Part shown: positions 27,011 to 39,690 of the stretch, one piece after another | How positions within the stretch are numbered: position 1 is the stretch's first letter | Layout of the letters: each line of letters opens with the position of its first letter | NCBI RefSeq assembly: GCF_963921235.1 | Contig: NC_086097.1 | Location: 240,004,001 to 240,068,000, forward strand | From: Mobula hypostoma | Taxonomy: Eukaryota | Reading direction: 5' to 3' | Length of the DNA stretch: 64,000 nt | The notes under the pieces: model-generated | Told to the model about the DNA's origin: nothing | The model's input: only the letters and a program-made list of their open reading frames with translations | The model's database searches: none | Translations under genes and position numbers: made by a program

Positions 27011-27277
27011 TGAGCCTTCATGGAGTATTCTGTGCAGTTTTGGTCACCTACCTACAGGAAAATTATCAATAAGATTAAGAAAAGTGCAAGGAAATTTACA
27101 AGGATGTTGCCAGGTCTTGAAGACCTGAATTATAGGGATAGGTTGAATCGGTTAGGACTTTATACCCTTGAAAGCAGAAGAGATTTTATGAAAGTACACA
27201 AAATTATGAGAGGTTTTGATAGAGTAAATGCAAGAAGGTTTTTTTTCCACTGAGATGTGGTGAGACTACAACTAGTC

Positions 27278-27952
27278 AGATTAGATTATGAGGACATGCG
27301 GTCCTCTTTTATTGTCATTTAGTAATGCATGCATTAAAAATGATACAATGTTCCTCCAGTGTGATATCACAGATACACAAGACAGACCAAGACTGAAAAA
27401 CTGACAAAAAACACATAATTATAATATACAGTTACAACAGTGCAAGCAATACCGTGATTTGATAGAAGAACAGACCATGGGCATGGTAAAAAATGTGTCA
27501 AAGTCTCTCGAAAGTCCCAACATCTCACACAGATGGTAGAAGGAAGAAAACTCTCCCTGCCATGAGCTTCCAGCGCCGCAAACTTGCCGATGCAACATCC
27601 TGGAAGCACCCGACCACAGTCCGACTCTCAGTCTATCTGAAAACTTCGATCCTCCGACCAGCCCTCCAACACCAAGCACCGAGACCCATCTCTGCCGAGT
27701 GCTTTGACCCCAGATCTGGCCACCAGCAACAGGCAAAGCCAAGGATTTGGGGCCTTCCTCTCTGGAGATTCTCAATCGCACAGTAGCAGCGGCAGCGAAC
27801 CGGGCATTTCAGAAGTTTCTCCAGATGTTCCTCCATGCTTCTCACGTCCATCTCTATCAAATCAGAATTGTGCACGGTCCCTATTTAACAAATACAATGT
27901 CATTTAACCGGAGAGGCTGCACGCGCTGCATCGCATCGCCATCTTCTCCTCT
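27278..27952 (-). mobile_element. Non-autonomous ~670-bp retroposon, copy 2
   Basis: End-to-end homology to 18690-19352; inserted into a CR1 3' region. Confidence 0.8.
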
Positions 27953-28484
27953 CTCGGAAAAGATGTCATGGATTAAGGGTAAAAGGTGAAATGTTTGAGG
28001 GGAACATGGGAGGAAACTTCTTCAGTCAAAGGATGGTGAGGGTGTGGAATGATGTGCCAGTGGAAGTGGTGGATGGGGGTTCCATTTCAACATTTAACAG
28101 AAATTTGGATCGGTACATGCATAAGCGAGGTATGGAGGGTCTTGGTGCAAATTGATGGCATCAGGCAGGTTAATAATTTGTCATGAACTAAGTGGGCCAA
28201 AGGACCTGTTATGTGCAACAGTGTTCTATATTCTATGAATTAATTGATTCCAAGTTCCCAGTAATCACTCAAAGATGATATTTCTGGAGACAAGTTTACA
28301 ATTTCCTGGAACTGTCTCTGCAGTTCATTATTTCTTAGAAAGTAGCATGAAGTGTGGAAAATGGCATCATAGGACTGATCCTTGTATGTATATGAATGAC
28401 AGCCCTAGAAGGAAATACTCTCTAACCATGAGCAGATTACAGTCAGTGGTCACTTTATTACGCGCACCTGCTCATTATTTATTT

Positions 28485-28742
28485 AGTTTATTATTTATTG
28501 AGCTATAGCGTGGAATAGGCCCTTCTGTCTCTTCAAGCCGCACCACCCAGCAACCCCGAATTTAACCCTGGCCTAATCACAGGACAACTTACAATGACCA
28601 ATTAACCTGCCAACTGGTATGTCTTTGGACTGTGAGTAGAAACCCACGTGATCACAGGGGGAACGTACAAACAGGGGTGGGAGATGAACCCGGGTCGCTG
28701 GTACTGTGAAGCGTTGTGATAGCCATTGTACTGCTGTGTTGC
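28485..28742 (-). mobile_element. V-SINE (HE1-like) inside the Tc1 element
   Basis: Homologous to 23050-23312. Confidence 0.65.
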
Positions 28743-29047
28743 TCCATTAATGCAACTATCTAATTGGAAAATCAAGTGGCAGCAACTCAATCCATAAAAG
28801 CATGTGGACATGGTCAAGAGGTGCAGTTGTTGTTCAGACCAAGCATCAGAATGGGGAAGAAATGTTGTCTGAGTGGCTTTGACCGTGGAATGTGATGTCG
28901 GTCCAGGTGGTTTGAGTACCTCAGAAACTGCTTATCTACTGGGATTTTTACACACAACAGTCTCTAGAGTTTACAGAGAGTGCTGTGAAAATCTAAAAAA
29001 AAACATTCAGTGAGCAGTGTCTCTGTGGGCGAAGATGCCTTGCTATT

Positions 29048-29365
29048 ACATAGAACATAGAATAGTACAGCACAGTACAGGCCCTTCAGCCCACATTGTT
29101 GTGCCAACCCTCAAATCCTGCCTCCCATATAACCCCCACCTTAAATTCCTCCATATACCTGTCTAGTAGTCTCTTAAACTTCACTAGTGTATCTGCCTCC
29201 ACCACTGACTCAGGCAGTGCATTCCACGCACCAACCACTCTCTGAGTAAAAAAACCTTCCTCTAATATCCCCCTTGAACTTCTGCCCCCTTACCTTAAAG
29301 CCATGTCCTCTTGTATTGTCCTGGGGAAGAGGCGCTGGCTATCCACTCTATCTATTCCTCTTAAT
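29048..29365 (-). mobile_element. CR1 3' end fragment inside the Tc1 element
   Basis: catagaacatagaatag tail; FFTQRVV remnant on the minus strand. Confidence 0.75.
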
Positions 29366-29894
29366 AGATTGATTCCTCTGACTTCTCTATTGGTAGAAGT
29401 CAGAGGAGGGTGGCCAGACTGGAAGGCGACAGAAACTCAAATAACCATTCGTTACAATGGTGGTGGGAAGGAGAGCATCTCTGAATGCACAACAAGTCAA
29501 AATTTGAAGTGGATGTGATACAGCAGCAGAAGACCATGAGCATACACTCAGTGGACACTTTATTATGTACAGGAGTTACCTCATAAAGTGGCCACTGATT
29601 GTATATGGAATTTCAGAGTTGAGAGTGTGAAAGCGTGTGCGGGTAAGCGCACTGGGAAAATCAGCATTTCTTATCCAGGGCTCTGCAATGAAAAGGACGA
29701 GCGACCTCAAGTTCCCGAGTGTCAACATGTTTGAAGATCTATCCTGAGCCCAAAATACTGTTTCATTTATGAAGAAGGCACACCAGAGAATATGTTTCAT
29801 TTGGAGTTTGAGGAGATTTGGCATGTCAACAAAGACTCGAGCAAATTTCTATAAATTATGATAAGCTTTATTTGTCTCATGTACATCATAACAT

Positions 29895-30837
29895 AACATG
29901 GAGAAGTGAGTCAGTTTACGAAAATCAAGAGAGGCGTTAGACAAGGGTGTGTTTTCTCCCCTGATTTATTTAATGTGTACAGTGAAACAACATTACAAAA
30001 AATAAGAGACATCTTAGGAAACAAAGTTGGCGGTGAAAACATCAATAATTTCAGATATGCAGATGACACTGTGTTAATTGCAAGTACGGAGGAAGAACTA
30101 CAAAACTTAATTGATATAATTATTGAAGAAAGTACAAAAATGGGTCTATCTATCAATTGTAAAAAGACAGAATGTATGGTGATATCCAAAAAGAAGGAGA
30201 ATCCTATCTGCAGGCTGAGAATAAATGGGGAAGACATAAAACAAGTAAAGAACTTTTGCTACTTAGGAAGCTGGGTGAGATCAGATGGCAGGTGTGACAT
30301 GGACATCAAAAGAAGAATAGGGATGGCAAAAGACACCTTTATGAGAATGAAGAGTATACTGACCAATACTAAACTAGGCATGACAACCCGCCTCAGAGTA
30401 CTGAAATGTTACATTTATCCAGTTATGTTATATGGCTCAGAATGTTGGACAATATCTAGTAACATGAGGAAATGAATTGTAGCAGCACAGATGTGGTTTT
30501 TGAGGAGGATACAAAGAATATCATGGACAAAACGAATATCTAACGAGGATGTTATGAACAGAGCAAACACAAAAAAAAGAAATAATGGAGATCATGAAAA
30601 GGCAATGTATCTTCATTGGACATGTGATTAGGAAAGAGGAGTTAGAATGCACAGTAATTATGGGAAAGATTGAAGGGAAGAAAGCAAGAGGAAGACAAAG
30701 ACAAATGATGATGGAGACAGCAGCCAGAGAACTGGAAATGAATACCAATGAATTGATCCACTTGACCCGAAACAGGAGTGTGTGGGCCGTGGCAGTCAAA
30801 GCTCAAACTGGGCACGGCACCTGATGATGATGATGAT
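29895..30837 (+). mobile_element. 5'-truncated RTE-clade LINE
   Basis: GVRQGCVFSPDLFNVY, NFRYADD, MLYGSECW, GKIEGKKARGRQR; (GAT)n tail; direct repeat ATCATAACAT at 29885-29894 / 30838-30847. Confidence 0.9.
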
Positions 30838-32038
30838 ATCATAACATGCAGTGAAATGCAACGTTTTACATTAAATCAAATCACTGATGATTCTGCTGGG
30901 CTGCCTGCAAGTGTCACAGGAGCTTAAAGACACACATTGCACATTTTAGGAAGTTTCTTTCCCTCTGCCATCAGGTTTCCGAATGTTCTATCAACACTAC
31001 CTCTCTTGCACAGTTTATTTTTGTAACTCATATTGGTTTGTGTTACCTGCCACACAACAGGAAATTTCACCTGCTTTATCAATAATAACCCTGATTCTGA
31101 TTCTGAATTGAGATAAGGCTAACAGCTGATGAAGTTGATAGGGAAACACTTAAGGGCCAATTCATGTGATGCCTGTAATAGTAGGTGTATGATGATGAAG
31201 ATGACTGTTATCACCTTCATTTCTCTGCTCCATGATTAGTGGGAATATAAAAATATAAACACCATTGTGGTCATCAATCATATCTACAAAATAGTATTTC
31301 TAAAATATTCTGGCACTATTTCACTTATCGTTTTATCTATGGAGAGAAATAATCATTATTTCCAGAAAGCCCCGCCTAATCTGATTTGAGCTCCCTGTGT
31401 ATTCTTTACAACTATGATGCAAAGGGTCATTTATTGAATCTCACATACTAGAAATAGCAATAAATCAAAGGGGAATAAATAATAATGATAGTTTTAAATG
31501 AAACTACAATAGTTCACATTGAGCTTCTTAATTTAATTTGTGATATAATTCAATGCTGCTGGGGTAAAAATGTGCTGATGTAACATAAAGTCAATTCAAG
31601 TCAGTGCAATTTATTACCTAGCATCAAAACAGTCTTTTAGTGCCTTAACATATACTGAGCATATTGTTTGGATGCAAACCAAAAGTAAACCTATCTCTTT
31701 CTGCTTTAATTGTGTCTTATCTCTCCATCAATATTACTTACCTATCTATCTATCTGTGTATTATATATACAGTACTGTTCACATACAGTATATCTAACTG
31801 GGTGCATAAGCCTTTTGCACAGTACTGTAGTAAGTTATGTATTGCACTGCACTATCTCATCAAAAAGTAACAAATTTCATGACATATGTGAGTAATGAAA
31901 ACCTGTTTTTGATATTGTTTTCTATTGTGGACTGAGAGGGGGAAGCGAGCAGGATGAGGTGAATCATTGTTGGGGAAAAAGGGAAGGGAGAGGGGAGGAA
32001 GTGGGAAGCACCAGAGGGGCATTCTGTAATGATCAATA

Positions 32039-33960
32039 AGATAGATAGATAGACAAATAGATAGATAGGTACTTCATAGATTCCAAAGGAAATTGCAGTG
32101 TCACAGAAGCATTACAAGTGCACAGATATATATATTAGAAGAAAAGTAGAAAGAATAAAAATAAGTTATCACAAACAGTCCAACAGGAGGTGGTCACCAC
32201 TTCCCTGGCTATAGGTTGACTCATTATAGAGCCTAGTGGCTGAGGGGAAGAATTACCTCATATAGCACTCTTTGGAACAGTGCAGTTGTCTCACACTGTT
32301 ACTAAAAGTGCTCCTCTGTTCAACCAAAGTGGCTTGCAGAGGGTGAGAAACATTGTCCAGAATTGCCAGGATTTTCTGGAGGGTCCTTTGTTCTACCACA
32401 GCCTCCAGTGTGTCCAGTTTGATCGTACAACAAGCTCAGCCGTTTCAATTGGCTTATTTAGCCTGTTGGCATCACCCGTGTTGATGCCATTGTGCTCCAA
32501 CACACCACTGCACAGAAGATTGTACTGGCAACAGCATACTGGTCGAACATGTGAAGGAGAGGCCTGCACTCTCCAAAGGACCTCAATCTCCTTAGGAAGT
32601 AGGGAAGGCTCTGGCCCTTCTTGTACACAGCTGCTGTGCTGGTGTTCCACACAAGCCTGTCTCCAGGTGCACCCGTAGGTACTTATAGGTCCTCACCACA
32701 TCCACGTCCTCATCATCAATAATAACAGGGAGCAATGCAGGCTGAGACTTCTGAAGGTCCATCACCATCTCCTTTGTCTTACTAATGTTGAGCTGCAGAT
32801 GATTCAGTTTGCACCATTTGAAAAAGTCGCCCACCAGGGTCCTGTATTCATCCTTCTGTCATCTCTTTATACGCCCAACTATTGCTGATCCATCAGAGAA
32901 TTTCTGCAGATGACATGACTCAGTGTTGTATCTGAAGTTTGAGGTATACAGGGTAAACAGGAAGGGAGCCAATATGGTCCCCTGCGGGGCCCCAGTGCTG
33001 CTTGTATCCATGTCTGACACACAGCTCTGAAGCCACACCTTCTGCCAGTCAGGTAGTCCATTATGCAGGACACAAAATAATGTGCAGATGCTGGAGTCAA
33101 AGCAACACTCACAACACGCTGGAGGAACTCAGCAAGTCAGGCAGCATCCATGGAAAAGGTCAATCGACGTTTCGGGCCGGAACTCTGCTTCCCATTCCCA
33201 TTCTGATATGTCCATACATGGCCTCCTCTACTGCCATGATGAGGCTAAACACAGGTTAGAGGAGCAACACCTCATATACCATCCAGGTAGTCTCCAGCCC
33301 CTTGGTATGAACACAGAATTCTCCAACTTCCGGTAATTACCTCCCCCTCCCTTCCCCCATCCCTATGTCACTCTACCCCCTCCCCCAGCTGCCTATCACC
33401 TCCCTCATGGTTCCGCCTCCTTCTACTACCCATTGTGTTTTCCCCTATTTCTTCTTCACCTTTCCTGCCTATCACCTCCCTGCCTCCCCTCCCCCACCCC
33501 TTTGTCTTTCCCCTTACTGGTTTTTCACCTGGAACCTACCAGCCTTCTCCTTCCCACCCTCCCCCCACCTTCTTTATAAGGTCTCTGCCCCTTCCGTCTA
33601 CAGTCCTGACGAAGGGTTCTGGTCCGAAACATTGACTGATCATTTCCACTGATGCTGCCGGACCTGCTGAGTTCCTCCAGTGTGTTGTGAGTGTTCCATT
33701 ATCCAGGATACAATGGAAATGCCAGTCTGCATTGAGCAGGGCTTTTCCCCCAGAAATGAAGGCTGTATGGTATTGAAGGCACCTGCGAAATCAAAAAAAC
33801 ATGATCCTCGCAGTGGGAGTAGGATCTGTTCCGCAGGTAGATGACAGCATCGTCGACTGGTAGGCAAACTGCAGGGGATCGAGGGCTGATCTGACCAGGG
33901 GTTGGAGGTAAGCCAGGACCAGCCTCTCAAGGCTCTAACAATAAGCCAATGGTTTGGAAC
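32039..33960 (-). mobile_element. Rex1/Babar-type LINE RT and 3' end, split by a PLE insertion
   Basis: FFDFAGAFNTIQP (33640..34053), LQLNISKTKEMV (32592..32834), YFLRRLRSF; (ATCT)n tail. Confidence 0.85.
33071..33694 (+). mobile_element. PLE 3' fragment with inverted 5' arm
   Basis: SHSHSDMSIHGLLYCHDEAKHRLEEQHLIY; inverted terminal arm 33071-33186; 14-bp TSD with one mismatch, TCCATTAT(G/C)CAGGA at 33057-33070 / 33695-33708; degenerate hammerhead at 33601-33638. Confidence 0.85.
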
Positions 33961-34864
33961 CAAATGACCTTGCCTGATGTCTGAGGGCTGAGTGTGTCTG
34001 CGCTTGCACCACCCCTTCCACCACTGGCACCCCTTCGTTGCCAACCATCTCACACCCCTCCTGTGGCCCCCACCCTCACCATTCCCAACATCCTTTGCTC
34101 CTGCCAGACTTATAAACCAGTTCTCTGCTCCACCTTGACAACTACAGTACTGTGCAAAAGTCAGGGATATGTACTGTGTACGGATATTATTATATTTATA
34201 TATAATTTATTAAAGCTTTTGAATAATTGGAAAAATAATTACAATTTTGGACAAAATGAAAATCTAATGTTTTGAAAGGTACATGGGAAATGAATATTTT
34301 AATCTCTAATTATATAAGGAAACTTTTGCATAATCTAAACCATTCTTGGGCTTTTCACCATTGCTGTATCGATCTCTAGATAATATATTCATTGCTCAAC
34401 TGAATAATTTTTGCTTGAATAAAATTCTCTGAAGGACAAGAAGAAAAATGTCCCTGTCTTGTCTAGGATTGTCTGCTCTATGTTCTCCAGATACTCCCAG
34501 CATTGTGGATCAAACCAGACTGAGATGAACTGGAGCTAACAGGACAGATTACCGCAGAGAGGGAAGAGTATCAATCAGGGCAAGGAGAGAGAAGACAGAA
34601 AGAAGAAGTGGAAGAAGAAAAAGATACAGGGAGTGGGAGGTGCAGGAGAGAGGAAGCCAAAGAAAGGGGAGAGATACTGAGAGAGGGAAGGATGGGAGAG
34701 CTAGGGAGGAAATAAAGAACAGCAGTTGAAGAAGTCAATGGCTACAGGGTGGAAGGCAAATTGGGTGAGACCCAGCTTGCAGTCCTGGAATCTGAGAATG
34801 GGTCCCTAATCTACATTTCGTGTCCAGAAGGGTTGGACCTCTAGTATATTTCTGCTTCCTTCGC

Positions 34865-36560
34865 TATGTCTTTCCCTTTCTCCTCCTCCCTCCCTTTCTC
34901 TCTCCCCCCTCCCTCCTCTCCCCCTCCCTCCTCTCCCTCTCTCTCCCCCTCTCCCTCCCTCCCTCTCTCTCCCTCTCTTTGTCCCCTCCTTCACTCTCTC
35001 TCCCCTCCCTCTCTCTTTCTCTTCCCTCCCTCCCCCTTCCCTCCCCCTCTCTTCCCTCCCTCTTTCTCTCTCCCCTCCCTCCCTCTCCCTCCCTCCTCTC
35101 CCCTCCCTCCCTCTTCTCCCCCTCTCCTCCTCCATCTCTCCCTCTTCCCTCTCCCTCTCTCCCTCTCTCCCTCTCTTTGTCCCCTCCCTCTCTCTCCCCC
35201 TCCCTCCGTCTCCCTCTCTTTCTGCCCTCCCTTCCTCTCTCTTCTCTCCCTCCCCCTCTCTCTACCCTCCCCCCTCCTGATTCCCTCCCCCTCCCTCCCT
35301 CTTCCCTCCCCTCCCTCCCTCTCTCTCTCCCCTCCCTTCCTCTTTCTCTCTACCCTCCCTTCCTCTCTCTCACTCCCCCTCCCTCCCTCCTCCCTCCCTC
35401 CTCCTCTCTCATCCCCCCTCCTCCCTCTCTCTTTCTCTTCCCTCCCCTCTCTCTTCCCTCCCTTCCCTCCTCCCTCCCTCCTCCCTCTTTCCCTCCCTCT
35501 TCCCTCTCCCTCCCTCCTCCCTCCCTCCTCCTCTCTCATCCCCCCTCCTCCCTCTCTCTTTCTCTTCCCTCCCCTCTCTCTTCCCTCCCTTCCCTCCTCC
35601 CTCCCTCCTCCCTCTTTCCCTCCCTCTTCCCTCTCCCTCCCTCCTCCCTCCCTCCTCCTCTCTCATCCCCCTCCTCCCTCTCTCTTTCTCTTCCCTCCCC
35701 TCTCTCTTCCCTCCCTTCCCTCCTCCCTCCCTCCTCCCTCTTTCCCTCCCTCTTCCCTCTCTCTCCCTCCTCCCTCTCTCTCCCTCCCTCCCTCTCCCTC
35801 CCCCTCCCTTCCTCTTTCTCTTCTCTCCCTCCCTCTCTCTTCCCTCCATCCCTCTCTCTTCCCTCCCTCCCTCCCTCTCTCCTCCCTCCCTCCTTCCCTC
35901 CCTCTCTCTTCCTCCCTCCCTCTCTCTTCCCTCCTTCCCTCTTTCTCTCTCTCTCCTCTTCCTCCCTCTCTCCTCTTCCTCCCTCACTCTTCCCTCCCTC
36001 CCTCCCTCTCTCTTCCCTCCCTCCCTCCTCTTCCTCCCTCACTCTTCCCTCCCTCCCTCCCTCTCTCTTCCCTCCCTCCCTCCCTCTCTCTTCCCTCCCT
36101 CTCTCTTCCCTCCCTCCCTCTCTCTTCCCTCCCTCCCTCTTTCTCTCTCTCTCCTCTTCCTCCCTCTCTTCTCCTTTTCTCCCTCTCTCTCCCTCTTCCC
36201 CTCCTCTTCTCTTTCCCTCTCCCTCTCTCCTTTTCTTCTCATTTCCTCTACATACACTTCTCTCCCCCTCTTACACCCTATCCTCTCCCATCTTCCTAGG
36301 TTGCCCTTCATCCATGTTCCCATCACTTTCACTGTTTGATCTGTCTGTTTCCTCTTTACTCCACTCCTTCTCCCTGCTGCATCTCATTTCCTACTCTTGC
36401 CCACCTTTACACTTCTCCTGGCTCCTTAATTGCACTACCCTTGATCCCCCTTCCTCTCCCCAACCTTCATCCCACTGTCTTTCCACACCCCACACCTCCT
36501 GTCATCTCTCTTCCTCTCCTTCCAAACTTCATGGTCTTCTCCTTCGCCATTTCCTCTCAT
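34865..36560. repeat. Polypyrimidine (C/T) low-complexity tract containing a 127-bp higher-order tandem repeat
   Basis: Nearly purine-free over ~1.4 kb; landmark CTCTCATCCCCC recurs with the A at 35411, 35538 and 35665. Confidence 0.92.
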
Positions 36561-37744
36561 CTGTCACTCTTTCAGGGGCACCTAGCACTCATGGGATCAG
36601 ACAGCAGTAGCCCAGACAGAGTAATAGAGTAGAATAAGTTGTATGCAGCCTGTCGAGCCATGGATGCAGTGAAGGCAGAGGATTTTTGACACTGAGAGAG
36701 CTAAGGTAGCGAGGGGGTGAAACTTCCTGATATGAGGATAAGGGGCTGACAGTGGGGCAGGAGAGGGGGGTGGGGGGACAGTGCTCCTAATAGCTGGGAG
36801 TGGTGCTTTGGATGCCAAGGGTCCTATTGGTGACCGCAGTAGAATGGCAAGTGTTGTGAGAGATATTTTTTCCCAATCTCTGTGGCAACTGATTTCTGTT
36901 AACATTTGATTAGCAATGCTTTAATTTCCTAATGCATTAATTATGTGTTACTGCTGATGACAGCCGTGGTATTTGTGTTTAAATTGAATGATCATGCTGT
37001 TATATACTGCTGAAAACTAAAAGAAAATGTTAAACACATGGGATCATTCAGCAGAAGAAAACAACTGAGCTGGCCAGTATTGCATCCAGAATTGTCGAGA
37101 CACGCTTGGAAACACTGTGCCAGTTGTCTCTCATCTGAATTCAAAGCCATCATAATTAAAACAAGTTTTTTTCTCCAAGATTATTTGCCACTTCCCACAA
37201 CCACAGGGCAATAGTTAACTTCATTTTGAATCAAATCACTGCTGTTTGATATAGCCCATCCTCCCAATGGTGCTGGTCAAAGGGGCTGAAGATCATCTGG
37301 AGCTGCTGGGTTTCACTTTGACTGTTCATTTCCAGTGGGATTGTTTTCTGGTATTTCCAGATAGTCAGGAGGAGTCAACTGCTCTTTGGTCTCTTGGTGC
37401 AGCCGCACAATAATGAGAAGAGGCCTGAAGGTCAAACCTGTGATAGGTGAGTCTGAGTTGAAGGTCCAGTGCCTGTGATTCTGACAATCAGGGGACAAGG
37501 ACTGAAGGCCCCGGAGGCGTCCTGTCCTGGGGTTAGAGAGTTATCTTTGTGTTTGAGTGTATGGGGCTGTGGAGTACGAAGGATGGGAATGGGACTCGTT
37601 TTGCTGTTTTGTTCTTGTTGTTATAGCTCTAGTTGTGGTTGTTACAGAATACTAGAAAACTACAGCACAGAATCAAGCCATTTGGCCCATCTAATCTGTG
37701 CCTAGCCATTTAAAGTGCCTATTCCCATCAATGTGCTGTATAAA

Positions 37745-37895
37745 TAGTTGTTGTAGTTGTAGCAGTTGTAACTGTGGTAGCTGTAGGTGTTATAGATGCT
37801 TGAGTTGTTATAGTTGTAGATAATGTTGTAGATGGTTTAGCTGAAGTTGTTGTTGAAGTTGCAGATGTATTGTAGTTGCAGTTGTTTGTGTTGTT
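37745..37895. repeat. Degenerate (GTT/GTA)n trinucleotide repeat
   Basis: gttgttgtagttgtagcagttgtaactgtggtagctgtagg... Confidence 0.75.
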
Positions 37896-38337
37896 TTACA
37901 CAATGTTGTGAGCTTGGCACCAAAATGTGTATGGCAACACTAGCAGGCTCCATGCAGCACCTCCTTGGGTGCACGAGTTGTTAATGCACAGGACAATTTT
38001 CACTCCATGTTTGGATGGATGTATGGCAAATAAATCTGAATCTGTGCTTCAAGACAGATGTGGAATTGCTTTGTAAAATTTGGCAAAATTCATTTCATTG
38101 TTCCAGAGAACGCATCATATTTCCTGGAAGGTCATTTTTTTTTTATCAAACTCCTTCCAGAAACTTGGAGAACAATCCAGTGAGAATCTATTGCTTAAGA
38201 ATGTATTATTTAGCTTGAGATCTGTATACATTAAAACTGAGATTTTGTCACTTCCTAATCCTTTCCCAGTTGTGTTTGTGTTTTAAAGAATAGATATTGG
38301 ACTTGTTTGATTCTGATTGCTTTTTGAGCCCCACAAG

Positions 38338-39125
38338 GCCATAATATATAGGAACAGGTATTGGCAATTGGGCCCATCAAGTCTTCTCTGCCTTTAAATC
38401 ATGGCTGGTTTGTTATCCCTCTCAATCCTATTCTTTCTTCCTGTAACCTTTGATGCTTGTACTAATCAAGAACCTATCAAACCTGGCTTTAAATATACCC
38501 ACTGACTTGGCCTCTACTGCAATCTGTGACAATGAATTCCACAGATTCACCACCCTCTGGCTAAAGAAATTCATCCTCATCACTGTTATAAAGAGGCGCA
38601 GTCGACGTTTCAGGCCGAGACCCTTCGTCAGGCCTGAAACGTCGACTGCGACTCTTCCTACAGATGCTGCTTGGCCTGCTGCGTTCACCAGCAACTTTGA
38701 TGTATGTTGCTTGAATTTCCAGCATCTGCAGAATTCCTGTTGTTTACTGTTATAAAGAGATGTCTTTCTATTCTGAGGCTGTGCCCTCTGGTCCTAGTTT
38801 CCTCCCTAATTTTTTTCGTGTGTGTAGTTGTGTGTTTACTTGCTATCTTATATGAGCTCTATGTGCCTTGTGCTGTGCATGACTGTTGGTATTGTGTTTT
38901 GCACCTTGGCCCCAGAATAACACTGTTTCATTTGGCTATATTCATGTATGATTGAATGATAATTGAACTTGAACCTGAACCATCCTCTCCATGTTTGATA
39001 GGTTTCAATGTGACACCCCCTCATTCTTCTAAACTTCAGCGAGTATACTCCCAGAGCCAAACACTCCTCATACTTTAATCTTGTCATTCCTTGAATCATT
39101 CTCATGAACCTATTCTGGACCCACT
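38338..39125 (-). mobile_element. CR1 3' fragment with nested PLE and Rex1-type pieces
   Basis: FFSQRVVNLWNSL (38428..38694); LGVYSLKFRRMRG (38848..39105). Confidence 0.75.
38596..38745. mobile_element. Short PLE terminal insertion with an inverted junction in the hammerhead motif
   Basis: 14-bp TSD ACTGTTATAAAGAG at 38582-38595 / 38746-38759; arms cgcagtcgacgtttcaggcc / ggcctgaaacgtcgactgcg. Confidence 0.85.
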
Positions 39126-39142
39126 CGACTGCAGCCTGTAAT

Positions 39143-39690
39143 CATAGAAACATAGAAAATAGGTGCAGGAGTAGGCCATTCGGCCCCTCGAGCCTGAACC
39201 GCCATTCAGTATGATCATGGCTGATCATCCAACTCAGAACCCTGTACCAGCCTTCCCTCCATACCCCCGATCCCTTTAGCCACAAGGGCCATATCTAACT
39301 CCCTCTTAAATATAGCCAATGAACTGGCCTCAACTGTTTCCTGTGGCAGAGAATTCCACAGATTCACCACTCTCTGTGTGAAGAAGTTTTTCCTAATCTC
39401 GGTCCTAAAAGTCTTCCCCTTTATCCTCAAACTGTCAACCCTCGTTCTGGACTTCCCCAACATCGGGAACAATCTTCCTGCATCTAGCCTGTCCAATCCC
39501 TTTAGTATTTTATACTTTTCAATAAGACCCCCCTCAATCTTCCAAATTCCAACGAGTATAAGCCCAGTTCATCCAGTCTTTCATCATATGAAAGTCCTGC
39601 CATCCCAGGAATCAATCTGGTGAACCTTCTTTGTACTTGCTCTATGGCAAGGATGTCTTTCCTCAGATTAGGGGACCAAAACTCCACACA
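39143..39690 (-). mobile_element. CR1 3' fragment, same subfamily as 16690-17825
   Basis: ORFs 39215..39496 and 39502..39687. Confidence 0.9.

Larger units (their letters stand above)
25725..28235 (+). mobile_element. Internally deleted CR1, interrupted at 26265-27010 and 27278-27952
   Basis: NWRKANF at ~25771, KKEIRRAK at ~26033, EYSVQFWSP (27020..27253); 3' end resumes at ~27960. Confidence 0.75.
28440..29601 (+). mobile_element. Internally deleted Tc1/mariner transposon, host to a SINE and a CR1 fragment
   Basis: TA-flanked TIRs CAGTCAGTGGTCACTTTAT / ATAAAGTGGCCACTGATTG; transposase N-terminal remnant MGKKCCLSGFDRGM...SETAYLLGF.HTTVSRVYRE from ~28851. Confidence 0.8.

Noticed and set aside
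34491..34539. Terminal coding exon after tgttctccag
   Set aside because: All three frames stop within ~50 nt and there is no supporting context
34820..36610. 596-aa and 477-aa Pro/Ser/Leu ORFs, and antisense Arg/Glu/Gly ORFs
   Set aside because: Artefacts of a C/T-only tract that cannot contain stop codons; no domain or splice evidence
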